Shown: piece after piece, positions 47,890-60,310 of the stretch
Position numbering within the stretch: the stretch's first letter is position 1
Layout: every line of letters begins with the position of its first letter
Assembly: GCA_030295235.1 (NCBI GenBank)
Contig: AP026134.1
Location: forward strand, 1-64,000
Direction of reading: 5' to 3'
Origin: Fistulifera solaris
Taxonomy: Eukaryota
Length of the DNA stretch: 64,000 bases
The notes under the pieces: model-generated
The model's database searches: none
Seen by the model: the letters and a program-made list of their open reading frames with translations, nothing else
Told to the model about the DNA's origin: nothing
Translations under genes and position numbers: made by a program

Positions 47890-49232
47890 TTATTCGTAGT
47901 GCTGAACGGTTGTGTTTCTTTTTTCGTTGCTAGGCTCACTTGCCGCGGTAGTTTCTATCTGTGTCTCCATCTCGTTTTGTTCTTCTTTCATTACTACATC
48001 CGAATGCTGTACTTCCTCGCTGTTCGGAGTTATTGCTTCTTCTGGTTGTTGCTGTGGGAGGGGAGTGGCCTTGGGTGTTGGATCGGTAGTAATCACTTCC
48101 GCAGGAGTCGTAGTAGATTCGTCTGGTGTCGTTGACGTGTCCATCGGTACCGGGTCTTGGGGAGCGTCCTCATTCTTTTCCTCCATCGGTGCATTGTGCA
48201 CTTCTTTGGATGCTACATTACCATCGACGGGAGTTGCCGTGGATATATTCGTTGTCGCCGTTCCCTCAGCAGTACTTGTCACGTCCATCTTTGACGGTGA
48301 TGCTTCTTCTACAGTGCTTTTCAATTGAATTGGTATCTGTCGTCCTTTCGTGGCCCCATACGAGATTGTGGACTTTTGCTTGGGAGGCGCCAGAGGTACC
48401 TGGACGGACATTTTGCGTTGTACTTTGGCGCCACTGACGATATCATACGTCCGGGCCGTCAATTGGTACGGTGCCGGCGGCAAGACAACCCCGCATAACA
48501 ATGCGAAGGAATCGGTGGCAAGGGCATGCGATTGATGTGTTGGGCCAATTGATGGAGTTTCGGGATTTGGGCTGTCGTGGCGATGCGAAAATCGGGCCGC
48601 AATTGGACGGCCAATTTCAAATCGCCTTCTTGTATTTCGGTGCGATTGGCGGCAAACGCCAAATCGTGTGCATTTCCCATCACTTCTTGCGCAAAGCGTC
48701 GGGATTGTTCGAGCAAGCAAGTCAAGGCTTGCGGTGTCACATCTGCGGTCGTTAATCCGTAATGACTCAAAACTTGTTGGACGAAAGGTACTTGTTCCGG
48801 TAAAATGCTGCTACTACTGGGTGTGGAAGTATCCCACAATAAGACATCTTCGATACGATACCACAATGGATCCAATTTTCGAGCTTCAGCTTGGGCTTTT
48901 TGTTTCGCTAATTCCGCTTGGGCTAATTTGGCTTGTTGCAACGCCGTCGGTGTCGTTGTATTTCTGTTGTTGGTGTTCGTAGCGGCAGGTTTCTTGCGCG
49001 ACGCTGGTTTCTTCACCTTTGCTTGCGTTCCGGCGGCGCCAGATGCTTTTGTGACTGTTTTTGTTTTTGTATTTGTTTTTGTACTGGGGGCTTTGCTTTT
49101 TGCTGTAGAAGTTGTAGTAGTAGTTGCAGCGTTCGTATTTCCTGTAGTTGTTGTTGCGTTGGCTGTCGGAGGAGGAGTCGTTGTTGCCGGCGTCGGCTGC
49201 GACGCAGCAGTCGTCGAAGGATTGCTCATCAT
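47890..49232 (-). CDS. TAF9: TFIID subunit TAF9 (frameshift near 48490)
   Basis: Histone fold (LLEQSRRFAQEV...DLKLAV) and LAQHINRMPLPPI. One extra G joins this to GVVLPPAPYQLTARTY. Confidence 0.85.
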
Positions 49233-50136
49233 TCCCTCTGTCTTGCTGTCTGTCTTTTAGTCGTTTTGTTACCTCGTAGTAACAGCGCCGATTTCTATAC
49301 GCCTTACAATGAATATTATTTATTATTATTTCGTCGTTAAAAAATAGAAGCAAAGTGAAGGAAAGAGCTTGTAAACCTTTACGTACCAGGTACTGGTACT
49401 GCGACGGCTTCCCGAAAAAATAAATATAAGAGTGGTTTGTGTTTTAGTCTTACCAGTACTTAACACTCTATGACTAAAACGTCTGGTAAAAACTAGGTAC
49501 AACGTGAATTTTTATTATCGTCAGTTAACATACTTGAACTTGAGTAACAACAATGGGACTTTCGAATGGGCTCTCCCTATCTAGCTAGCTAGAGAGTACC
49601 TTTCAAACAATAGAGTATCATTCTAAACTGCGTACGTTTGTTGTGAATAATATCCCAAGTCGTTTAAATTTGGCAGGTTTGAAAAACAATTGGCTGCGCA
49701 CAATCCAAACATTACTGTTTCGAACAGTGACGGCAAGAATTTGCTTGCTTGTTGAACAACAACGAAGCAATTGAGGTGATTGTCGACAAGTTTCTACATT
49801 CTTATCAAGCATTCTTTTCTAGGGAGCTGCCCAATCTATCGAGCTCTGACAGTAGTGTCTCTTGTCTGTCACCTCTCTGTTTGTCTTTGACACCTTGCAA
49901 CCTCTTTTTTGTTGGTTTGCCTACAATTATAATCAATGACATTAAGCCTCTAGAGGTCATTGGTTCAATTGCTTCCCGGTTGCGACGAGTGAATACTCTA
50001 GACCTAGCTCAGATCAACCGTCGACGTACAGTCACAATTGCGACGGACTTTTTCTTTCTCGCATTTATTCGCAACGTCTCTAAACAATCACAATTCCTCT
50101 TACAAAATTATCTTGTTTGATTTGATTCGGAGTAAT

Positions 50137-52411
50137 ATGAGTTCCCAAGAAGCCCTCGAAGCAATTCAATTTCTTCAACAGAAGGCGCGCACCCAAGAAG
50201 AAAAGTTCTACAAGCGCATCGCAACGTTCGGCGTCTCCTCTTTCGTTGCGATTATCACCGATTGCCTCGAGATCTACTGTTTCAACTCCTAGCAGTTCTT
50301 TTGATAACGATGATCCACACGACAATATACTGAATCACGGGCGAGATGCTAGTCCGATTCGTACCGCATTTGCTCAATTGCTGGAATTGTCCTTCGAACC
50401 GAAATCAAGTCATCAAGAGGATCACGAGGAAATGGCCGACGCCCAACGACACGAAAGACAACCTATTACGATGCCACAAAGCGTAGAGGATCCTCTTCAG
50501 CATAACATACATACACTTCCCCCCTCCTCCACCGCCTCCTCCTCCACCACCACTCCCAGCTTTTCGGTCTGAGGATGTCAGTTCGACGACAAGAACCGAA
50601 CACATAGCAACACGTAAAACGCATCCATCCACAATCAACCCGCTGGCAAGCGTCGATACTCCATTGTTGATGAAAGTGATGATATTGAAGACGAAACCGA
50701 TGATGAAGACACGTTTTCGGAGCCCTTCGTATCGTCATTTCAGAAAAGGAATCGTGAAAATTCCTTGGAGACGTATGAATGGAATGAGACCAGCCATGAC
50801 AACTCACTTGATCGATCCGACCGAAACTATAATATCAATCCGAATATGAATTCGATTCTGAAAAGTGACGTCAATTTCTTGAAAGAACACCTGGCTACGA
50901 AAAAAATCGAGGAACCTGACGCTCGCAATATTTCGGCAACAGATTTACTGAATGAACATTTAGATGGACTGCTGGCTTCCGACAAGGGCGACGATGAGGA
51001 AGATCGACGTGATGACAAAGTGAAAGGTGTTGCTGGGCGGGTCAATCAGACCATTCACAAGATTAAAGAACTGGCGACGCCGTATTTTCCGACAAAGCTA
51101 CCGACTGCAGCTTGTCTTTCGAGGGATAAAGAGGAAATCAAGCCGACGTACGCAAAACGACCATACTGGAAAAGTCCATCAAACGATGATACTGCCATAA
51201 CTGTGATTGATACAAACCATATTTCATCTGCTACAAGGGATCCGCCCACGAAACTACTGTCGGTCGAACAACAAAGAGTACCCATGATGCGAATGCGTCA
51301 TCCCGCTGCACAAGACTTTGTCACGGAGCATGAAGCATCCTCACCACACGATGAAGAAGAATTCGTGCAGAGAACATCACAACAATCGAGAGAGAAAGAC
51401 ACGGAGAAGCAATCATTTCAGCGGCAGCGACGCGTGAAAGAATCGTTAAATGGACCAGATGATATACTGAAGTGCAACTATTTTGTATGGAAAGGGTTTG
51501 AGAACTTTGTGGTTTCTCGCTGCGGTGATGCGTCAGATGTTGCCGTCGAGAAAGCGGCCAATCGCCGGAAGGAATCATCAGAGAGGCAATACAGCCCGCC
51601 ATGCAGTGTGGCCAGTGAAAAGAGTGAAGGCTCAGCGAGTATGATGCGTCGACTTTCCAAACGTTATCTTGAAAACGATGCCACGGTTGTCAGTTCTCTG
51701 GACAGTGCATCGAATCGGTCGGGACATAAAAGGCGACCAACTCAGGACGCTCCGATTGCTGTTTTGAGCCCTGTTCCGAGGCATGTCGCTGGCGCTTCAG
51801 TACGGTTTCCTGCGCAGCCAGCCCCAATGGCTGCTGAACAATCTTTCACAGAGAGCTTTGTACGAAAATTACGTGTCGAAGGACTCGATATCTTGATCCA
51901 TAGAAAAGCTCATACAGATGACGCCATGGCAGAGCCATTGAGAGCACGTGCCTATTTGGAAAATGGGAAAAAGGGGAAAGGGGGAGATTTTTGGGGTCCT
52001 TGGCTTGTTTGGCTCATCGGAGACAGCTCAGTGCGGAAGGGTATTGACCTCTTTGATATACACTCGCTCGACAAAGCATCCGCACTGCAGCTTGACCAGT
52101 ATCCCTTGGCTATTCCAGGTCGTAGTCTATTATTGCTCATGAATGAAGGGCCGGATCATGTTTTTGAAGTGCAGGACGAAGCATCTGCAATTTATTTCGT
52201 GCATGGCATTCGTTGGCTGATCGCACATCTATCATTTAATCTTATTGCTGGAAATGTGCAAGTAAGCTGTGACATGCTTGAAGTCAACGACTACCAAAAC
52301 CCGTGGCAGGAATCCCACCAGACCAGTTTGATGAATGACTTAACAAACTTTCTCGTGGATAAGTCGGCGACTGCAGTATGGACTGAAAGCGCACAGAGTA
52401 TAAATAAGTAA
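50137..52411 (+). CDS. Hypothetical protein with C-terminal PH-like domain; several frameshifts in the 5' part
   Basis: ATG 50137 (MSSQEALEAIQFLQQK). ORFs 50246 and 50765-52411 are colinear. IDLFDIHSL...HVFEVQDEASAIYFVHGIRWLI is PH-like. Confidence 0.7.
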
Positions 52412-53764
52412 AAGATGAATTTCAAACGACTGACAAAATCATCTGAGACGAACCAATAGCGGCGGTGGGTGTAAACCAGCTTCGATTTCAAAATAGCAAT
52501 AAGTCGTTGTCTACTCATTGATGACTGACCTCATTAGACGCCCTTCTACCTTCCAGTCTACATAAACTCCACTAACATTCGATCAAAAGAATATCGGGAT
52601 AGGTCTCAACACCGCCATAAAAGAACCTTAGCAATACATCTATATTTTCTCCAACTGATCATCCTAAATACTTTCAAAAAACTAACAGAATCCAAAGTAC
52701 TTGGAGAAGAACAATTAAACACCAGTAAGATGTCGATTTTGTAAAAGAAATTCAGAAATTCAAAAAATAAGTGAAAAACCTAGAAACGAAAAAGGCTCCT
52801 GTCGCGTTTGACTTCAATTTCCTTATATTCGTTATTAGATCTAGAAACGATAACGTTATCAAACCGGCGGCCTTTTGGTTCGATTTACTTGTACCTGGCC
52901 GCTTGACCAGATTGATGGGAGAGCAAGTAGTCTCGGAATCGAAAAAAATACAAATGAAAAATGAGGTCGAAACCTGCTCGTTCGCGAGAGTTGCAAAGAA
53001 TCTGCAGAGAACATAAACGGCTGGCAGGATGCTCTCTATTGTGAAGGAAATCCAAAAGGTAAAGCACCATCACATTACCCCTCATTGAAAAACGGATTAA
53101 GAACACATCGTTTCCTAGCATGGAAGCAATTGTTAACTCACGGTAATTAAGAGAGATCCTTTTAGTTCAATTTTTAATCAAGAAAAAAATCTGTTTTATG
53201 AGCCAACGACATCAACGGTAAACTTAGATCATAACAATGGTTTGTTGCTTTACTAAACCAATTTAAGTTATCAAAGCTTGGTAAAATTTCAATGCATCCT
53301 TATACTGTAATGCTATTTTTCATTGTGAATTTGTCGCTTTTCTATCGTTGCGTTGCAGCCAATCAAAGCTTTAATCCTGAAGGCCAAAGATTTCGCAAAT
53401 CTTAAACAATAAAAAAATTAAAATACAACATTACTTAGAGCTTTGAGGCTTGACAAAAATGCTTGTCTTCAAAAGATATATATCAAGTGTTCCGTTTTGC
53501 TATCGATCAAGTTTCCCTTAATATCGCAAATACAATATTAAGCTTAATTGTGATCGTTTGAAACCAAAATTTTCGGTGTTTTGAAAGACAGAAAGAATCT
53601 GCTGACAAAATCAAAAGGTTTTTTCTATTAGAATTTGCTTTACTAGCATTCCTTAGTCTCCTGACACCTCTGTGACGCGTTCCCATGGTTTCATGTGGAT
53701 CGAATTTATTATTGACCTTTCTCTTTTGCTCGCAAAGAAATTTTATATATTGTTTGGGAGCACT

Positions 53765-53980
53765 TGTGCACAGCAAATGAACACAATTCGAAAAAATACG
53801 GTTTAAATATATATTTCTGCCAGTTTTTCTTCGAAGGGAAGCTTGAATTTTCATAAATTGCCCATCGCCTTTTACTGTGTTGAAAGCGTTTATGCACAGC
53901 TGTGTACGCGCTAAACAAGAAAGTCATGAAATATATAATTCTGCCAGTTTTGTTTGAAGGGATGATTGAAATAGATGCCC
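53765..53980. repeat. Degenerate direct repeat, about 125-bp period, 2 copies
   Basis: TGCACAGC followed by AAATATATA..TTCTGCCAGTTTT..GAAGGGA..TTGAA occurs twice (about 53804-53847 and 53929-53970). Confidence 0.6.
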
Positions 53981-54519
53981 CGATAAATAGATGCACCGAT
54001 CGTTTTCCTTTCGTGAAAGCTATCCAAAATGTTTAATCGGAATCACTGTTCACGCGCCGCATTTATGTATTCGGTTTTTTATGGATTGGCAGCCCTGGCT
54101 ACGGTTTTGAACAGTAATATTGACTTAGAGCTCGTTGTGGCATGTTAAGCGCCTGGTTCTGCTCAGTTACTCTATTGGTCTGCTGCGGTCTTTGTGGTTG
54201 CTGCAGAGCGTGCTACGGAGGAAGCGATACCAAAGCAGTTACGACTCTGTTGACTCTGTAGGTAAGAAAGCATTTGGAGATGGCAAAAGTATGCAATGTT
54301 TCCTCGTTATAATTGAATTGACTTTCACTGATTGTTTCGTGGGCATGCCTACTCTGCTTAGAATTTTTTTAAAAAAAAACTTTTAATATTATTCCTAATT
54401 TTTTAATCGTCAGAATCTAATTTTGACTTTCGACTGAATTTTCCATTTTTCCTTCACATAAATTTCAGTCTGACACTTCTCTGAGTAAGCTTTGGTTTCA
54501 ATTCTCCAGCCTTAGTGCG

Positions 54520-54910
54520 CTAGTAGAGGGCCAGTCCCGAGCCCGTTTCCCAATGAGGGGGATTCCGTTTTGGCATTCCTTCTCTTGGATTTCGCAGAAG
54601 CATACTTACTCTCTGACCAGGGAAAAGACTCATGCGCTCCCGGATGAAGCCACAGATCTCGGAGTATGGCTTGTTCCACTTCCGCTGAAGTTTTCTTGCA
54701 AGCTGCTCCGATGCTGAAATAGCCTGTTGTCCCATCATTCCGTCAATGGAAAAGACCAGGGAAGTGAAGTCTCGTCTGCGTTCGTGGCAAGGGGGTCCGT
54801 ACATGCTACGCTTTTCACGCTCTTGAGAAGCCAGAACCTTAATCGGGTCACGGTTTCTGTATGACGGTGCGTCGGTATCAGTAACTCGGACATCGAAAAT
54901 GGTCGTTTGG
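54520..54910 (-). mobile_element. 5'-truncated non-LTR retrotransposon remnant (restriction-like endonuclease C-terminus, CRE/NeSL-type)
   Basis: IFDVRVTDTDAPSY...VLASQEREKRSMY..C...DFTSLVFSIDGMMG...LARKL..KWNKPYS matches the PD-(D/E)xK RLE tail. No RT domain is present. Confidence 0.8.
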
Positions 54911-55054
54911 TTTACTATCGTTTGAAGCCAAATCGTTGACTTGAAGTATTTCAAAATAAATAAACAGCCCAGTGGCAGCGCACTGTCACCTTACTCTTTA
55001 TTCGCATCATTTTACGGGACTAACAAAAGGTTATTGTCTGAAGTCATCGACATA

Positions 55055-56639
55055 TTAAAGTTTCTTAGGTTTTAGAACAGAGTAGAGAATGGCATCAATC
55101 AATCCCAATGTCGTGAATGTCCCCCCGATAATCGCACACAAAGATGTCAAGTAGTCGTACCACTTTCGTCCTTCTTTTGATACCACGACGCTCATCGGGC
55201 TTATATCGTAGCTAAATCGAGCCTCCGGGACATCAGTATCAAAGTAGTGCACGACTTGGGATTGCTCAAGAAACTGATACGTAGTTAACCGATTGTTGGA
55301 CGATTGACCCATTTCCAGGTGTGTCGAGACAACTTTAATGTAGTGGTGGTGCGCTGCATGAGACATTTCGGTGACATAAACAGAGTTATCCATCGGGGAA
55401 AACTGCTTGTGTTTCTCGTCCACTTGCTTCAATATTCGTTTCGTTTTCCGGCTTGTTTGATCGACAGGATCGCCAAATGAAAGGTGGTTCACAATGTGGG
55501 ATACATTTGTCAGGGCAGCATTGAGATTAAAATTCTTCGATTTTGCTTCTATATGAAAATTTCCCGGGACACGATTCACCATCAAATGTCCCGATACCTG
55601 ACAACCCGGGTGATCCGGTCGATTTTGCTGATAAAGACTTCGTTTTCTTGCTCTCTCTTCCTCGTCCGCTTGTTCGTTCTTTTTGTCCCACTCCTTGAAC
55701 TTTTCATCCATATCGAGCTTTCGTTTCGCGTAACCGATCAAAGCTGTCACTGTACGATCCATCTTATAGTCCGGAGAGACAGGCTCACCATCGTGGTACC
55801 AGCGGAGCGTAGGAAACGCCATGATCTTTTGCTCCCGACACAAATCAGCTTCGGCCATGCAATCAACCTTGGCTACACCGACGGGCATCTCGAGCTTTTT
55901 CACTTCTTGCGCCAGTGTCTCCCAAGTTGGAGCAAGTCGTTGGCACCAGACACACCTTTTTCAACAGGTGAGTGACTTGTATCGTCATCTTGCACTCGCT
56001 CTCATCAAGCCACTTACCAAGGTGCATACAGATCAATAAACGCCATCGGGTTCTCCTCCAAGAACGGTTTGAAATTCTCCTTCGTCAACGCAATCGCATG
56101 TACACCTTCTTCAGCATGCATTTCCTCTAGAGTCTTATCATGCTCGTCATGCTTTAACTCACGAGCCTCACGATTGCGACCCGAGAAAATACGGCGTTTC
56201 CCTTCTTCGTCTAATTGCCATTTGTCGACATTTTTCGTGACATTTTGTCGATTCGTTCCCAACGCGTCCCAAACATCCACGCTCACAAAATCGCAGTGCA
56301 AATCCAGCATTGTAATATTAAAGTTGAGCCGTATTTGCGGTGACGTGTTTTCATCGACCGCAATAGTTGTAACCGTCTCGGTAGTCGCAAACGCCAGTGT
56401 TTCTGAAAAGAAGAGAACTGCCATGACGATCATGGCGCATGCGCTCATAAATGCACCCAATGTTGTAGCCTTTTATGAAAAAATTTGTAACGTGTAAGAA
56501 TAAAGAATATATATTGCGTTCATCATCAAAAGCCTCTGATATACATACTTACCTCCGTCAGGTCCTTCGGCACGCGGCGATAAAAATCGACCGATGACAA
56601 AGCTTGTCTCCTTCCGCCTCCTCCGTTGATGTTATTCAT
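55055..56639 (-). CDS. PDI-C/ERV-type protein (ERGIC_N + thioredoxin + COPII vesicle ERV domain); introns 56470-56552 and 55956-56017
   Basis: DFYRRVPKDLTE|ATTLG, a TM helix, spliced YAPWCVWCQRLAPTWE, GCQVSGHLMVNRVPGNFH, YDISPM and CAIIGGTFT. Confidence 0.93.
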
Positions 56640-57010
56640 GATTTTATGCTACGACCGGATATAAAAATCGAAGATGATGCAAAGTTTCTATCCCAATGCA
56701 AGTTACCAATGAGCTTTTACCTCGTATAATGATTGTGATGCGTAGCGGAAATACGACTTTGCGCCATGTCCGCATGCTTATTTTTCGCGTGTTCACCGTA
56801 CCCTTACAGTACCAGAGTACTAGCAACTTGTGTTTTGTTTAACTATACGAAGAGCTGGTAAGACTCGAGGTGTATCTGCAGATACCAAATGGCCTACAGA
56901 GAGACGAAGGACGAACGATGCGGCACATGCTGCACCTGAATCCTGAATACAATTCTTTTTTGTTGCCTTGTCATCGGTGGTTTTCGTTGTAAGATTATCG
57001 TTCATTTACA

Positions 57011-58067
57011 ATGGCAATGACTCTTCAGAACAATCCCATTCCCACAATTCGTCTCGGCGAGATTAATGATGCCGAAACTGTATCTCTTCTCCGCTCTGCC
57101 TGCATCGATAGTGGCTTTTTTCTATTTAGAGGGACACGGAATCGATGAGGGTCTGATCGCCGATGTGCTCGAACAATCTCGTATCCTTTTCGGTCTCTCA
57201 GAGGAGTCGAAAAAAGCGTTAAGTGATCCTGTTTTGAGTAGAGGATATACTGCAATGAGTGAAGAAACCTTGGATCCACGGAAGCAGAAATATGGAGACA
57301 CGAAGGAAGGATTTTACATTGGAAAACATGTTCCTGCAGATCATCCAGAATTCAATCCAGCCAAATTCAAGGGGGCCCAATCGGATGCCATCTCCCGAAA
57401 TAACACCGGATATGGCCGACTGCAGTCAATTTTGCAGTGTTATGGAGACCTATCATCAGGAAATGTGTCGAGTGGGCTTTCGAATAGTACAACTGTAAGT
57501 ATTTGCATCGATACCTTGGCTGATGCATTCTGCCGATCCATTTACTGATTGCTGTATTTCCACTGTAGACTTGCGTTGTCACTAGGCCTGCCGAAAACGT
57601 ATTTCGACAAGGATTTCGAGGATCCTCTGGCTCTGTTGCGACTCCTTCACTATGCAGCCGTGAAGAGCAAACCGGAAGAAGGACTTTATGCTGCCGGTGA
57701 ACACACAGATTACGGGATGATTACACTTTTGCTGACAGACGGAACACCTGGCTTACAGGTACAGTTAAAGAACGGTCAATGGATCGACGTTGAGCATCGG
57801 AAGGGAGCGTTCGTCGTCAATCTGGGAGATATGTTGGAACGCTGGTCGAATGGACTGTTTCGCTCGACTACACACCGAGTCTTAACGCATGGAGAATCGG
57901 AAAGGTATTCCATGCCCTTCTTTTATGAACCCAACTTTGATGCTCGGGTCACTTGCCTCGACGTTTGTTGCTCGCGCGACAACCCGCCGAAGTTTGAACC
58001 TACCACATCTGGAGAGCACTTGCTGGATAAGTATCGACAGACGCATGCTGATTTTCGACCCGAATAG
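57011..58067 (+). CDS. 2OG-Fe(II) oxygenase, IPNS/DIOX type (intron 57495-57568; extra bases near 57118 and 57373)
   Basis: GFFYLEGHGI, RGY, GDTKEGFY, LRLLHY, HTDYGMITLL, VNLGDML, HRV and RYS. Confidence 0.92.
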
Positions 58068-58150
58068 TTGTACCACCTCGTCAGTTTTTAAATAGTTTCC
58101 TTTTTGTTTGGCATACTATTTCACAAATCGTCTATCTTTTAATAAATTAG

Positions 58151-59626
58151 TTACAGAAATGCAGCGCCGCCTTCAGATTTGTCGTCTTGGTGCTCGAATT
58201 CAGCGTTTCCCATTGAAATTGGCGACACATTCTGTTCGTCATCATGTTGGGCAGAGCTTACTTCGTTTCGACTATATTCAAGGGGCTGTTCGGAGGAATG
58301 GTTGGCTGTGGTTGTTTTCTTTTCGTTTGACGCACGACCCCAGAAAAACATCCCAATGAGTCCAACGAGAAGACCAAGAACTGCACCTCCAAAAGTAGCA
58401 AGTCCAGTTCGAGCTTCGCATTCAACTTCCTCGTATTGAAGGCAGATATCTACCTGACTGTTGCCGCCACAAGTATCACACCACGTCTTTTCCGACCAGT
58501 CTTCGACCAGTTGGAGCATATTCTCAAAAGGACACGAATCTGCATCGCAATGTCGCCCAAGAAATCTGACCGGACTTTGAATAGTTGTGTCCTCCAATCC
58601 TTGACCTCCGTGGTAGTAATAAACTACTCGTTTCTCCTTTTTCTCGTCTTCGTAGACCTCGATGACAATAGCCGCAGAGTAGTTCGGAATACCGTCGTCG
58701 CTATAAGTATGATCAAGGGCGGCGAAGATAGCCAACAGCAAAGGATAATGACCCGAGTAAAGGTAAATCTTTGCCGAACCATCTTCGCGACTGAACTTGC
58801 CATCTTCAAACACAATGCGAGAAGTGATTCTGGCGAGCAAATTATAGGCCACAAATCGAGCTGCCGATGGTGTACGGTACCGCATAAACTCGGATTTGCC
58901 CACCAACCGCCGCAGTTGCTCAAAATCATCCTCTGATAAAACATCTTTGACGAAAGGATCCTCGAGACTTTCACAAACGACCCTGGCATCCGGTGCATTG
59001 CTTTCGCATTCACTCTTTGCAACGTAAATGGCGTCGTACACATTCCACACTTGCGCTAGAGAGACTCTTCCGTCCGAGTCGGCATATTTCTGAAACGATT
59101 TGATGGTTGCTAGCTTTCGGAGTAATCTGTCGTTCTCCTGTTGTACTTGAATCCACTTTTGGCTTTTGTAAAGAGCATTCAATTCTTTGGTGAATTGGGA
59201 ACACTTATCGTAGGCTCGAATATACAGATCATTTTCTAACTTGAACGTATGTACAGGAACATGAACGGGCACTGTCGAGTTTTCGACGTGAAAAAAACCA
59301 CTGGCGAGAGCACTCGCGGAAACTATGGTGCGGTCAAAGTCAGAACTCTCAAAATAGACCAATTCCGGATCGTAGTTCGGTAAGAAAGTAAAGTGATCGG
59401 AGTACTTATCACGCAACTGGATCCCGAGATCGTGCATTTGCTGAATGCCGGTACTGGTTAAAAAGGCCGATGTTCCTTCGCCTAGACTGGTATGATTCTT
59501 TGTGAGCACGTAACGTGATCCATGTCGGGTAATGATGTGAATTTGTCCGAGTGTCATCGCCTGAGAAGAAAGGGAGAGCAGCCCCACAGCCGTAAGAGCA
59601 CGAAAGAGAAAAAGGTTGAAGATCAT
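58151..59626 (-). CDS. Histidine acid phosphatase (branch 2), type I membrane protein
   Basis: Signal peptide, RHGSR, LTSTGIQQ...LG..LR..Y, RTIVSA, YSGHY, PNYSA and a C-terminal TM. Confidence 0.9.
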   Translation of the reverse strand: MIFNLFLFRALTAVGLLSLSSQAMTLGQIHIITRHGSRYVLTKNHTSLGEGTSAFLTSTGIQQMHDLGIQLRDKYSDHFTFLPNYDPELVYFESSDFDRTIVSASALASGFFHVENSTVPVHVPVHTFKLENDLYIRAYDKCSQFTKELNALYKSQKWIQVQQENDRLLRKLATIKSFQKYADSDGRVSLAQVWNVYDAIYVAKSECESNAPDARVVCESLEDPFVKDVLSEDDFEQLRRLVGKSEFMRYRTPSAARFVAYNLLARITSRIVFEDGKFSREDGSAKIYLYSGHYPLLLAIFAALDHTYSDDGIPNYSAAIVIEVYEDEKKEKRVVYYYHGGQGLEDTTIQSPVRFLGRHCDADSCPFENMLQLVEDWSEKTWCDTCGGNSQVDICLQYEEVECEARTGLATFGGAVLGLLVGLIGMFFWGRASNEKKTTTANHSSEQPLEYSRNEVSSAQHDDEQNVSPISMGNAEFEHQDDKSEGGAAFL

Positions 59627-59869
59627 CTTTCATAAAACGACATTCAGTGATCTTGTGATTTATGAGAGTGTTCAGGAATAAGAAAGAAAAAATAAACTTC
59701 TCGGCAACAACACTATTGAAAGGAAAGGGAAATAGAACAAAAAAAATACTCGTACTTGTACCTGGTACTTGATAAGTTCCGGAGGAAAATTTGCCGCTGT
59801 AATGAGTCACTCGTTCACGTGACTGTTGTGGTCTTGGTGCGGCGCGACACACGCTCGCAGCAATATATG

Positions 59870-60294
59870 TGTCAAGAATCGAAGTCGTTCGAGTCCCTAG
59901 TGAGTGTCGGACTGGCAGAGATACGACACTAGAGATTCAATTGTGTGTTTGATGGAACGGTAGATTTTCGAATCTGGATGTGGGATCACCATGGATACTC
60001 GAAGATTGTGTTTGCATGATGAGATATATGATCACTGGTTAGGTGGAGCTATATATACGAGGGAGGATTCATTAAAGATTTAGGAAAGATTCTCGGGCGA
60101 ACTTGGATGAAGATTTGGTACGATTCGGAGACAAGAATCAAAGGGGGATGGGTGAATTCTAGTTTGTAGTTGGCTTCGCCATTAATCTGTAAAGTGTTGT
60201 TTGAGAGCAGTTAGTTTGCCTTCAATAGTTTTCCGTCTGAGGTGAAGATCCTGGATAGCCGGAAACAGTACAGACCGCGGTAGAAAATCTAACA
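59870..60294 (-). mobile_element. Candidate solo LTR (about 425 bp)
   Basis: Ends TGTCAAGA...TCTAACA (TG...CA with imperfect terminal inverted repeat). Minus-strand TATATATAG near 60050. No ORF. Flanks TATATG/TATTTG are only an imperfect TSD. Confidence 0.45.
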
Positions 60295-60310
60295 TATTTG
60301 TACACTGTAA

